Shown here: piece after piece, positions 39,615-48,874 of the stretch
Numbering within the stretch: the first letter of the stretch is position 1
How the letters are laid out: the number at the start of each line of letters is the position of its first letter
Assembly: GCA_964623815.1 (NCBI GenBank)
Contig: CAZUVR010000002.1
Location: forward strand, 48,576-112,575
Length of the DNA: 64,000 nt
Direction of reading: 5' to 3'
Origin: an uncultured bacterium
Lineage (GTDB): Bacteria; Cyanobacteriota; Cyanobacteriia; Cyanobacteriales; Microcystaceae
Notes under the pieces: model-generated
The model's database searches: none
Told to the model about the DNA's origin: nothing
Seen by the model: only the letters and a program-made list of their open reading frames with translations
Program-made: the position numbers and the translations under genes

Positions 39615-41822
39615 ATGCTATCTAAAAATCGCAAATATTCGCAGGAATTGTTACCTACGCTCCTCCCGACGCTCGGAGTACCCATCATAACTTTACTGGT
39701 AAGTTCTGGTAATTTACCGATCGCTATCGTCGCCTGGATAGCTTCTATAGCAGCTACGGTTATAGCTGACAATCTTAAAGATAAAAATTTAGGTAATCTA
39801 GTCAGGGAGTTACAAACAAAGTCGGAAATATTGCAAGATAAACTGAAGAATTTTCAAAGGCAAGAGGTCTTATCTTCGGAGTTAGCGCAGTTAACAGTTA
39901 AAGTTGAGAGCTTAAAATCGGATGAAGCAGAACTAAACCAGAAGTTAACTGATAAAACTAAGTTATTAAATGAAACTAGCGGTAATTTAACTCACTTACA
40001 GGCACAATATACGAAGTTAACAGAGACAGTTAATTTACTAGAAGATAAGGAGAGCGAATTAAAGCGGCGCATCGAGGAAATTAACCGCAAGAATCCCGAT
40101 TTAGCCACAAAAGAGCGACTTTATCGGGATGTGGAAGAGTTAAAACAGAGTAAAGCCAGCCTAGAAGCGCAACTGAAGGTGTTAGAGCCGAAAGTCGAGA
40201 GTTTAGAGAAACTTCAATCGGAGTTAATCGGGGTTGAGGGGCAGTTAACGGCTAAGAGGGCGCAGTTAGAAGAATTGCAGGTTAAGGTGAGCGATTACGA
40301 GAAGAAGGCGACGGAGTTGGAATTATTCCGCAGTACCTACGATGCCATTGTAATCGATCGCACCGAGCAGGAAAATCGAATCAAAACCCTACGCCCGGAA
40401 GTAGAAGGCTTAGAGTTACAAAAACAGCAGATACTACAGGCGATTAGGGAAAGTCAAATCGATTATCTAGCGGCCGAAAGAAATAGGGAAGAAATTCGCC
40501 GACTCGCCGTAGAGTTACGCAACAAACAGGAGGAGGTAGCTAAAGCCGAGAGGGAAATTAATCAATTAACTGGGGTTAGAGAAGCCGAAGAAAGGGAAAA
40601 ATCTAGACTCGAAACCGAGGTGAGAAATTTACAAAGACGGCTACGGGAATTGAAACAGGAAATTGACACCGAAGAACAAAGCGCCGATAAAGCCCTACAA
40701 TCTTTATCGTCGCCCCTATGGAATAATCTACCGCAACAGCAGAAAACCCTCAGCGAAACAGAATTTCTTAACGGCTTCCGCAGTTATCTACAGTCTCAAG
40801 GGTTAAGCTTTCCCGAGAGAATTATCCGCGCTTTCCACACTTCATTAAAAGTGCAGGATATTTCTGCCCTAGTCATACTAGCTGGGATTAGTGGCACTGG
40901 TAAAAGTGAACTACCTCAGAGATACGCCGACTATGCGGGGGCGCAAAAGTTAACCTTAGCGGTGCAACCCCGCTGGGATTCACCCCAAGATTTACAGGGA
41001 TTCTATAACTATATAGAGAAGAAGTATAAACCCACAGATTTAATGCGGGGATTGTACCAATATCAGCATGATAACAAGATGAAAGATAGGCTCGTCCTAG
41101 TGTTGTTAGACGAAATGAATCTAGCGCGGGTTGAATATTACTTTAGCGACTTCCTCTCGAAACTAGAAACTAGAAGGGCGCAGACAACTTATCTAGATTT
41201 AGATGTAGGTAGTTTGCCTTTACCAGAAAATCGCAGGCGATTGGCGATACCAGCACAGTTTCTCTTTGTGGGTACTATGAATGAAGATGAGACTACTCAA
41301 TCATTATCGGATAAAGTTCTCGATCGTGCCAACGTCCTCACCTTCGGTAAGCCCTCCGCTTTAAAACTGCGGGAAGAATTCACACCCGGTAATCCCTTCT
41401 CGGATGATAAAGGTTATGTTTCCTACACCTCGTTTCGCGGGTGGTTACAAACACCTCAACCGAATTCGGATTTAGTCGGGAAGATACGGAGCTATCTCGA
41501 CCAAACTAACGCCATCATGGAGAGAATCGGCCACCCCTTCGCCCACCGCGTCTATCAAGCTATCACAGCTTATGTGGTTAACTATCCCGAGATTTATAAA
41601 GAAGAAGTATTTAAGCAGGCTTTAGCCGATCAATTCGGACAAAAGTTATTACCTAAATTACGAGGCTTGATGCTCGACGGTAGTTGTAGCGAGGAATTAA
41701 AGAAATTAGAGACCATAATAAAAGATTTGGGTGATCAATCATTAATCAGCGCATTTGAAAACGCCCAAAAAGGCAGATTTGGACAGTTTCAATGGCGTGG
41801 TTTAGTTTACGGGGAGGAATAA
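39615..41822 (+). CDS. membrane-anchored, coiled-coil McrB-like AAA+ (AAA_5) NTPase
   Basis: 735 aa. The N-terminal TM helix is LGVPIITLLVSSGNLPIAIVAWIASIAATVIA. About 330 aa of heptad-rich coiled coil follow. The C-terminal module has Walker A ILAGISGTGKSEL, an McrB-type Walker B and sensor LVLVLLDEMNLARVEYYFSDFLSKLE, and FLFVGTMNEDETTQSLSDKVLDRANVLTF, which corresponds to the McrB 'GTMN..D' motif. Confidence 0.75.
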   Translation: MLSKNRKYSQELLPTLLPTLGVPIITLLVSSGNLPIAIVAWIASIAATVIADNLKDKNLGNLVRELQTKSEILQDKLKNFQRQEVLSSELAQLTVKVESLKSDEAELNQKLTDKTKLLNETSGNLTHLQAQYTKLTETVNLLEDKESELKRRIEEINRKNPDLATKERLYRDVEELKQSKASLEAQLKVLEPKVESLEKLQSELIGVEGQLTAKRAQLEELQVKVSDYEKKATELELFRSTYDAIVIDRTEQENRIKTLRPEVEGLELQKQQILQAIRESQIDYLAAERNREEIRRLAVELRNKQEEVAKAEREINQLTGVREAEEREKSRLETEVRNLQRRLRELKQEIDTEEQSADKALQSLSSPLWNNLPQQQKTLSETEFLNGFRSYLQSQGLSFPERIIRAFHTSLKVQDISALVILAGISGTGKSELPQRYADYAGAQKLTLAVQPRWDSPQDLQGFYNYIEKKYKPTDLMRGLYQYQHDNKMKDRLVLVLLDEMNLARVEYYFSDFLSKLETRRAQTTYLDLDVGSLPLPENRRRLAIPAQFLFVGTMNEDETTQSLSDKVLDRANVLTFGKPSALKLREEFTPGNPFSDDKGYVSYTSFRGWLQTPQPNSDLVGKIRSYLDQTNAIMERIGHPFAHRVYQAITAYVVNYPEIYKEEVFKQALADQFGQKLLPKLRGLMLDGSCSEELKKLETIIKDLGDQSLISAFENAQKGRFGQFQWRGLVYGEE

Positions 41823-41823
41823 A

Positions 41824-43368
41824 TTGCGCTACTATCACAATCTCTTCGCCTATCTCAACGGTAAAGTTGCCTCAGAGGGGAAAGTTTTAGAGGGCAAAAA
41901 TCGGCCCGTTTTAGAAGTTGAGGGAAGCATTTCCCATCACCCCGATTTAATCAATCGAGGCGGGGGAGTCTACGAGATAGGTTTTCCCTACCTGACTCCG
42001 GAAGACTGGCAACACCATCACCAACAGTTACAACAGGAGATTATTTTCTCCCTCGATAACGCCCATCACAGTCTATCGGTTACGGATGAAGTTATGGATA
42101 GCGGGGCCATTGAAGATGAGGAAGAATTACAAACATGGCAGAGAGAAGGGCGACAACATCTTTTAGATGATTCCGTAGCTTTGCTATTGCAAAATTTTAA
42201 CGAGTTGTTGAAAAGGGGCAGGAAGGAAGAGGGAATTTATCTCTATGAGTTGCTTTCCTATCTGAAGAATTTCAGTATCGCCGAGGCAAGCTTACCCCTG
42301 ATACTGAGTTTAGAGAGACGCTATGAATTAGCGGTGAAGTTACGGCAGATAACGCCGAAGTTACGGCATCAACTGCGACGGCAGGCGGAATCTATACCCA
42401 TAGGGCGCATTCAGGAGATGGATAGTTACTGTCTGCGCGACTATACCCGTCGCCCAGGAAATACGCCCGAGGAAAAAGCCGGCTCGCGGGGGGAATTGAT
42501 GGGCATACAACGCTATCAAGATTACAACACCGTGGAGAATAAATTTCTTGTTTACTTCGCGGCTAAATTACATCTAGAGGGTTTTCGCTATTTAGAGGCT
42601 GGTAATCACAGTTACACCGATAGCGTCAAGAAATTCCTACAGACTATCGATGTGTTTCGGGGGGATTGGATAGTCAGGAGTATCAACAGCAGAAATTTTC
42701 AATTCACCCGGCCTAATTACGTCCTACTCCAAAATCCTATCTATAGTAGTTTCTATCGGGCCTATCTAGATTATGTGGCTGGGCGCTCGGAAAAACAAGG
42801 CGTGTGGAGTGGGCGTAATCGTTTACTGGGAAACGTGGTTTATCTCTCTCTCCTGGCTGCCATCTTAAATTTCAACGGTGTTACCCACCCCGTAGACGTA
42901 TATATACCAATTAAGTCGTCACCGGATTACGGTGATTATCTGCCGAGAGATAATCCAGTGAAGACTCGGGTAACTATATTTCTGCGGCGCTGGGTTTACG
43001 AAATCGAGGTTAGCAAATCTTCCGATTACCGGGAGGGTGATTATCTTTTAAATATCGAAAGACAGGATTCCCATTCTCTCGCGTTAGAGAGTGAGGAATA
43101 CAAGTTACCGATTTGGGTGTTTTGGTATGGGCCTTCAGAGGAGGTTATAGCCTCGGCGCTTACTTATATGGAGGCGCGGAAGGATATTTACCGACTCGGC
43201 TTAATCTTCTCCCTCGGCGCGGGCGAAGGGGAAGTTAATCCTATATCGCCCTGTCTGTGGTGGTGTGAGATGCCTCTGCCGAATGGGGAGAGGGGCTTTC
43301 TCGATGGGGTTAATTTCTTCTCTGTCAAGGTGATTAAAAATTTGCTTGAGTTTCTCTATGGGGGTTGA
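41824..43368 (+). CDS. hypothetical protein, second gene of the McrB-like operon (possible McrC-like partner)
   Basis: 514 aa starting 2 nt after the ATPase stop (TTG start). No clear motif. A candidate PD-(D/E)xK-like D...ExK near the C-terminus (IERQD...SEEYK) is speculative. Confidence 0.5.
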   Translation: MRYYHNLFAYLNGKVASEGKVLEGKNRPVLEVEGSISHHPDLINRGGGVYEIGFPYLTPEDWQHHHQQLQQEIIFSLDNAHHSLSVTDEVMDSGAIEDEEELQTWQREGRQHLLDDSVALLLQNFNELLKRGRKEEGIYLYELLSYLKNFSIAEASLPLILSLERRYELAVKLRQITPKLRHQLRRQAESIPIGRIQEMDSYCLRDYTRRPGNTPEEKAGSRGELMGIQRYQDYNTVENKFLVYFAAKLHLEGFRYLEAGNHSYTDSVKKFLQTIDVFRGDWIVRSINSRNFQFTRPNYVLLQNPIYSSFYRAYLDYVAGRSEKQGVWSGRNRLLGNVVYLSLLAAILNFNGVTHPVDVYIPIKSSPDYGDYLPRDNPVKTRVTIFLRRWVYEIEVSKSSDYREGDYLLNIERQDSHSLALESEEYKLPIWVFWYGPSEEVIASALTYMEARKDIYRLGLIFSLGAGEGEVNPISPCLWWCEMPLPNGERGFLDGVNFFSVKVIKNLLEFLYGG

Positions 43369-44824
43369 AATGTTTTTAGAAGATATGGGGCAATCTTTAC
43401 CCCTTAATCCGACTCCGCCTTTACAGTTACTGTGGAAAACTTGGAGTGAGGGGAGTGTATTTCTAGAAACTCCTTCGCCGGGGCAACTCAAAACTATTAT
43501 TCCCTCCCTGCCCCTGAGTCACTATCAAGAGACGGCCTTAAAGTTATGTCTCCATAGCCCGCTGATGGTAATTGAGGGGGTGCCGGGTAGCGGGAAAACT
43601 CGTCTCGGGAAAGTCTTGTGTGAAGGTTTGCGGCAACAGCATAAAAAAGTTTTGCTATTGAGTCACCATGAAGCTACTCTATCAGCTTACAAAATTCGAT
43701 CGCGCGGTGTGCCGGAGTCATCGCCCTTCCCCCGTATCGACATGGATTTTCTACCTCCCCACCTACTGCCGGATTATCTATTAAGGGCTTTACGGAAGGG
43801 GGGAAAGTTAGAGAAGTGGGTGGCAATCCTCCGCGATGGTAGCCAGGAAATCGATTCCCTGTTAGCTTCCGAATTCCCTGACATTCCTAAAGCGAGATTA
43901 AATTTACTAAAACTGCGGCTTCAGAATTCATTACCCCTACTGGAAAAACAATTAGCCCTACAACAGCAATCGGCGCGGTTATCGGATGAGGCTTTAGCGT
44001 CTCTGTTATCCGAGTGCGGGGCGTTACCTATCTCGACAACGGTAGCCCAATTTTTTCAACCGGCAAATAAAGAAGCCCAGAAAGCTACTTTTGATTGCAT
44101 CATCGTGGAGGAGTCGGAATATCTAGAGTGGCCCGAATTGGCTTCGCTGGCGACTATGACTGATAAGCTAATCCTCTTAGGTGACTTAAACATCGAGCGC
44201 GTTTATCGGCAGAGGAAAGATTTTTCAGAGTTTGCCCCTTTTGAGTGGTTGAGTCAATATTTATGCCCCGCCTATCGCTATCGACTACCGCAGCAGTTTC
44301 GCCTACATTTTAGTATCGCTCGGCCGATTATCGGGAGTCTTTACAGGAATACGGTTATCGAGACGGCATACAGACACGATAGCCTCCATCTTCCCGTATT
44401 ATTCCATAGATGGGGGTGGCAGGAGGTGCGATCGCTCCCCGCCGACGATATAAATACTATCGAGGGCCGGCGTTTACTCCAATACCTGACGAGGCTTGAT
44501 GGTATCCCTTCCGACGCGATAGGAGTATTAACCTTTACCACCCGTCAGAAGCAATGGTTACGGGAAAACCTCCCCGCCGGATGGGAAGGGGTTTTTATAG
44601 GTAATATCGAGGATTGGGCGGGGAAAGAGATACCCATACTCCTCATCAGTTGCGTGGGTTATCCCGAAAAGTTGAAGCGGCAGGATTTAAAAATCGCCCT
44701 AACCCGTTGCCGGGATTATCTAATTCTTTTCGGTAACGGTAAACAGTGGCTAAAATTCGTCTCGCCGTTACAATCTCTGCTGACGGCTGAGGAAATACAA
44801 AGAGAGAGAGAGGTGTTGATATGA
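43346..44824 (+). CDS. compact Upf1-like SF1 helicase-family protein (AAA_11/AAA_12)
   Basis: Motif I is EGVPGSGKT. Motif II is degenerate, IIVEESE in place of DEAsQ. Motif III is LILLGD, motif IV-like is YRYRLPQQFR, motif V is GNIEDWAGKEIPILLISCV (compare TVD.FQG.E.D.IILS.V), and motif VI is LKIALTRCRDYLILFGN. Only 492 aa. The likely ATG at 43370 overlaps the upstream stop (tgaaATG). Confidence 0.7.
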   Translation: MSFSMGVEMFLEDMGQSLPLNPTPPLQLLWKTWSEGSVFLETPSPGQLKTIIPSLPLSHYQETALKLCLHSPLMVIEGVPGSGKTRLGKVLCEGLRQQHKKVLLLSHHEATLSAYKIRSRGVPESSPFPRIDMDFLPPHLLPDYLLRALRKGGKLEKWVAILRDGSQEIDSLLASEFPDIPKARLNLLKLRLQNSLPLLEKQLALQQQSARLSDEALASLLSECGALPISTTVAQFFQPANKEAQKATFDCIIVEESEYLEWPELASLATMTDKLILLGDLNIERVYRQRKDFSEFAPFEWLSQYLCPAYRYRLPQQFRLHFSIARPIIGSLYRNTVIETAYRHDSLHLPVLFHRWGWQEVRSLPADDINTIEGRRLLQYLTRLDGIPSDAIGVLTFTTRQKQWLRENLPAGWEGVFIGNIEDWAGKEIPILLISCVGYPEKLKRQDLKIALTRCRDYLILFGNGKQWLKFVSPLQSLLTAEEIQREREVLI

Positions 44825-46485
44825 AATTCGAGATAACTTTATCGGGGGTTTTCCAACGTCTGCCCGTAGATGATGAAAAGAAGGCGGCGAGTTTAGAAGA
44901 TTGGCTGAGTTCGATACGGGGGGCGGCGCAGGAAGTTAGGGGGGCTAACCTATCCAATCTCTACCGTGATTTCGGTTTGGGTTTTCTCCCGGGCCGTAGC
45001 GTCGAGAAATTATTGAAACAGACGGATAGGGGCGATAACCTGTACTTACTAGATGGGCTTAAGCGTCTTTATCCTCTAGCCCAATATCCTAACCCTGGTT
45101 TCTGCCTCTACGAATATATATTCACCGGGGAAGGTTTTTGCTTGCGCCTCTCTCCCGATGACTCTCAATTACCCGCGTTTACCTCTGGGATTGTCGAGGG
45201 CAGTTACCGCCTCGTCATCGATAACTTCTCTCACCCCGGTATCTCCGTAGAATATTTAAAAAATTGGTATAGACTAATAAAAATATTTTGGGATTATTCA
45301 TCCTCCGTACAGTTAGAGAGGGCGATGATGTTTTCGGGGGGAGAGATATATTATTCGCCGCCCGCTCATCAGGAAATAAAAGTGATTGCTTCCGTCTCCG
45401 AGTTAAGCCCTACCGTACAATCGGCCCTATCTTATTTACGGGGTAACGTTGCCTGGGATGGGTTATCATCCCAGAGTCGGGATTTGATTAAAGAGTATCG
45501 AGAGAGATATTATTTTCCTCCGGTTTCCTTAGAGTTACCACCGAGTTTAGATATGGATACGGGGGAGGCCCAGCATACTTTAATTGTAGGGAAAGGGCAG
45601 AGGGAAAAGATAGAAGCGATCGTATCTTCGGCGGAGAGATTCCTACTGGTATCGAGTCATATTATAGAAGATAGAGCGATCGTAGAATTAATCTGTGATA
45701 AAGCTCTTACCCTCCCTGGCGGTGTCTGGATATTAACCGATACGAGAGACAGACTCATAGATAAAGTAGAATCCTCCCCCGCAGAAACCCGAGTCGATAG
45801 ATACGAACAAACTAACGTCAGGAAGCGAGAGTGTTTGAACTTATTATTGGAAGCCGGAGTATCTATTAGAGGCGGCGCATTCCATCTCAAAACCATCATC
45901 TCCGAAAATGAGGCTTATTTAGGCTCGTGTAATTTGACTCGGGGCAGTTTAGATATTAACGGCGAGTCGGGCTTAATCTGTCGGCATACCCAAACCCATC
46001 AGGGTTTATACCGTTATTTCCTCAAGTGCTGGCAACACCTCGCTCGACACGAAATCTGCCCGACTCCCGGCGGATTACTACGGCGAGATTTACCCCGCGC
46101 TGCCCCCATAGCCTTCGGTAGCGAAACCCTTCTCACCCCCGCTCAATACAAGTCGGATTTAAAAAAATCTCTCATAGAAGGTAATCAACCGGTAACTATA
46201 TATACTCGCGGCTTGAGTATGGATGAGGAATTAGAATCGTTACTGCGATTCCGCCGCCCGAGGATATATATGGATGTGGAGGGATACAAAGAAGAAAAAA
46301 CCTTCCCCGTTTATTATCGCCCGAAACTTCACGCCAAGATTACCCTCATCGGTGACGACATCGCCTATATAGGAGGCGTTAACTTTCAATTCGACCGCGA
46401 CAGTTTGAAGTTAATCGATTTGATGTACAAAACCACCGACACATCAGAAATCCGGCAAATTCAGCAAAACCTACCAAACCTGTAA
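44821..46485 (+). CDS. phospholipase-D family (HKD-motif) nuclease-like protein
   Basis: 554 aa with two divergent HKD motifs, FHLKTIISENEAYLGSCNLT and LHAKITLIGDDIAYIGGVNF (H.K, then acidic residue, then G[SG].N). Its start overlaps the helicase stop in an ATGA. Confidence 0.65.
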   Translation: MKFEITLSGVFQRLPVDDEKKAASLEDWLSSIRGAAQEVRGANLSNLYRDFGLGFLPGRSVEKLLKQTDRGDNLYLLDGLKRLYPLAQYPNPGFCLYEYIFTGEGFCLRLSPDDSQLPAFTSGIVEGSYRLVIDNFSHPGISVEYLKNWYRLIKIFWDYSSSVQLERAMMFSGGEIYYSPPAHQEIKVIASVSELSPTVQSALSYLRGNVAWDGLSSQSRDLIKEYRERYYFPPVSLELPPSLDMDTGEAQHTLIVGKGQREKIEAIVSSAERFLLVSSHIIEDRAIVELICDKALTLPGGVWILTDTRDRLIDKVESSPAETRVDRYEQTNVRKRECLNLLLEAGVSIRGGAFHLKTIISENEAYLGSCNLTRGSLDINGESGLICRHTQTHQGLYRYFLKCWQHLARHEICPTPGGLLRRDLPRAAPIAFGSETLLTPAQYKSDLKKSLIEGNQPVTIYTRGLSMDEELESLLRFRRPRIYMDVEGYKEEKTFPVYYRPKLHAKITLIGDDIAYIGGVNFQFDRDSLKLIDLMYKTTDTSEIRQIQQNLPNL

Positions 46486-46489
46486 TCCT

Positions 46490-48805
46490 ATGACATACCT
46501 TTATCATCTCGACTCCTATATCGATTTTTATGCCGATACCGCGATATACAACCAGGAAAACCTCAGCCCGTCTGCCCAATCCTATAAAAATTTTCTCACA
46601 GGTAAGGGGCAATCTGGATATAGATGGGATACGGGGCTATCGGAAGAATTATCCATCGCCGATAACGGGCTGAAAAGATTAGGGATAGAGATAGGGCAAG
46701 ATGGAAGTAATCGGCGTTTATACGTTATCCCGGATAATATCAATCTGCTGGCGTTAAGAAACCTTATCGGCATCGGCGACACTTATATATATAAGACTGC
46801 TTATTATTACTGGAATAATCTCAGGCAAATACTCAAGTTTGCCGATTTAAACAAACCCGTAACTTTTATCGATTTGAATAGTCTCGGCGGCGATTGTGTA
46901 TCTTCGATTAATTTCGCGCGTCATCAAAGTTGTGAGTATCCTATTCCTATCCTCGATAACCGTAATAAAGAAACAGAAAATCACAATTTCTCGGCGCGGG
47001 AGATTTATAATAACATCCTGGAAGAGTTAGCCAAAGAAATCCTCAAGCCTTATCATTCCAAATTGCAGAGTTATGAAACTTGCCAGCAACATCTAGTTAC
47101 CGGGTGGAAGAAGCGAAAATTATTACAATCGTTGAAATTAGATAGCCCATCGATAGTTATTCCCTGCGAAATCCTGCAAGGCGAGAAAGTTTATTACAAG
47201 GCTTTGCCCTTAGCGAAAGAGAGAATAGAAAAAACTATACTCAATCATATTAAACCAGCTTTAGAGGAATTGCGATCGCTCTCCTCAAACCCGGTGGTTA
47301 TCAATCCCTATGAGTGTTTACATCTCTCACCTCGGGAAAATATAACCGTTTTACCCTTTAGATGTCTCAATTTCCCGCAGGTTTGGCAATCGAGGCGAGA
47401 AAAATACTTTCCCTTATTCGGACAGTATTTAGAACAAATAGAATTTGAGGTTAAAGATGAAAATAAGCAATCTTTATGGCTCAAGCTTTTCTCAGAAGAT
47501 GAGCAAGAGAATATTTTTTATGAAGGAGATGGACGGGAAAAAACATTTATAGGTCAGATTAAAGAAAAAGGGCAAAATTATTTTAAGCTAAAATCTAAAA
47601 TATCACGGTTGCCTATAAAAATTAACGGTAAATCTTACAAGATAAATGGAGAGGAACAAGTATATAAGATAAGCCATACCAACGAAATAAAAGAAAGTGA
47701 ATCTATAAATATCCGTATAGAATTTATAATTAATGTTGGCTCAACACCTAAATTAAAAGCAACTAATTGTAGTGACAATTTAGAAATTCAATCAGAACTA
47801 GTCACTATACCTAAGCTGACATTTATTCCCTTAGAGCGTTTAAAAGAAGCGAGGGATAAAAAATTATCTTCTGAACAAGTTGAGAAAATAGAATCTGTAA
47901 TTAGCTTAGTGGGCGAGTTGGCAAGCAGATCTAGAATTTCCAATTTAAGCATTCAACGAGATGACAAAATAAGAGAAATATATACTATTATCAAACCTAT
48001 ATATGATAAATTGAGAAAAACTAACAAAAAAGAATCAGATATTTTATCAAATCTTAATAACAAGTGTTATCCTTTACTTGAAGATTTATTAAATAATATT
48101 TATCTTCAAGATATTGTTAATTTAATTAGAGATTATATGAGCATCACAACTATTGATATTTCCACCGATCTCAGAAAGAAAATATCTGACCATATGAATA
48201 TACTTTTCATTTTTATAGGCAAACTATATCAATTTTCTAAAGTTTTGCCTTTAGATTATTTTCATGAAACTAGCAATATAAACAGTGGTATCAAGATATA
48301 CAAGAGAGAATATTATTATTTTTTAGCTAGATCTAGCTACACGGAGGAGCGACAAATAAAGTATTTTAAACTATTCAACATGAAAGACTGGACAGGGAAA
48401 TTTTATTATTATAATAAACACTACTTATGGGGTTATGGACGTGTTTTACTTTGGTATTTTAACTATAATTACGATAATATTAAAAATTCTATATCGTATT
48501 ATCAGCATTTTCAAGATTTATGTAGTTATTTAATAAGGCATCAATCAAGCTTAGAAAAAGAGAACAAAACCAATGCTTTTCTTTGTTTAATATATTTATT
48601 AAATTTTAGAGAAAAAGATTTAGGATTTTGCACTTTAAATACTAAAGAATATAGATTGGGGCAAGAAGTGATTAATAGATATACAACAGAAAAAATTACT
48701 TTGAGAGCGGTATCTGAAAAAAAAGCTCTCAATCAATATTTTCAAGAACTTTTAGAGGGAACGATGAGCGAGGCAGAGATCGGAGGTTTATTAGAATTGG
48801 ACTAA
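46490..48805 (+). CDS. hypothetical large protein; 3' half markedly AT-rich
   Basis: 771 aa starting 5 nt after the PLD gene stop. No recognisable motif. The C-terminal ~450 aa are K/N/I/Y-rich and coincide with a drop in GC (~47.4-48.8 kb). Confidence 0.55.
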   Translation: MTYLYHLDSYIDFYADTAIYNQENLSPSAQSYKNFLTGKGQSGYRWDTGLSEELSIADNGLKRLGIEIGQDGSNRRLYVIPDNINLLALRNLIGIGDTYIYKTAYYYWNNLRQILKFADLNKPVTFIDLNSLGGDCVSSINFARHQSCEYPIPILDNRNKETENHNFSAREIYNNILEELAKEILKPYHSKLQSYETCQQHLVTGWKKRKLLQSLKLDSPSIVIPCEILQGEKVYYKALPLAKERIEKTILNHIKPALEELRSLSSNPVVINPYECLHLSPRENITVLPFRCLNFPQVWQSRREKYFPLFGQYLEQIEFEVKDENKQSLWLKLFSEDEQENIFYEGDGREKTFIGQIKEKGQNYFKLKSKISRLPIKINGKSYKINGEEQVYKISHTNEIKESESINIRIEFIINVGSTPKLKATNCSDNLEIQSELVTIPKLTFIPLERLKEARDKKLSSEQVEKIESVISLVGELASRSRISNLSIQRDDKIREIYTIIKPIYDKLRKTNKKESDILSNLNNKCYPLLEDLLNNIYLQDIVNLIRDYMSITTIDISTDLRKKISDHMNILFIFIGKLYQFSKVLPLDYFHETSNINSGIKIYKREYYYFLARSSYTEERQIKYFKLFNMKDWTGKFYYYNKHYLWGYGRVLLWYFNYNYDNIKNSISYYQHFQDLCSYLIRHQSSLEKENKTNAFLCLIYLLNFREKDLGFCTLNTKEYRLGQEVINRYTTEKITLRAVSEKKALNQYFQELLEGTMSEAEIGGLLELD

Positions 48806-48874
48806 AAGATAATATAAAGTCGGTGAGGATAGAGATGCGGACTAGTAGAATAGTGAATATATAACAGCATAATC

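Noticed and set aside
39475-39690. 71-aa ORF overlapping the start of the McrB-like gene
   Set aside because: It lies out of frame across the promoter/5' end of the 735-aa gene with no independent support.
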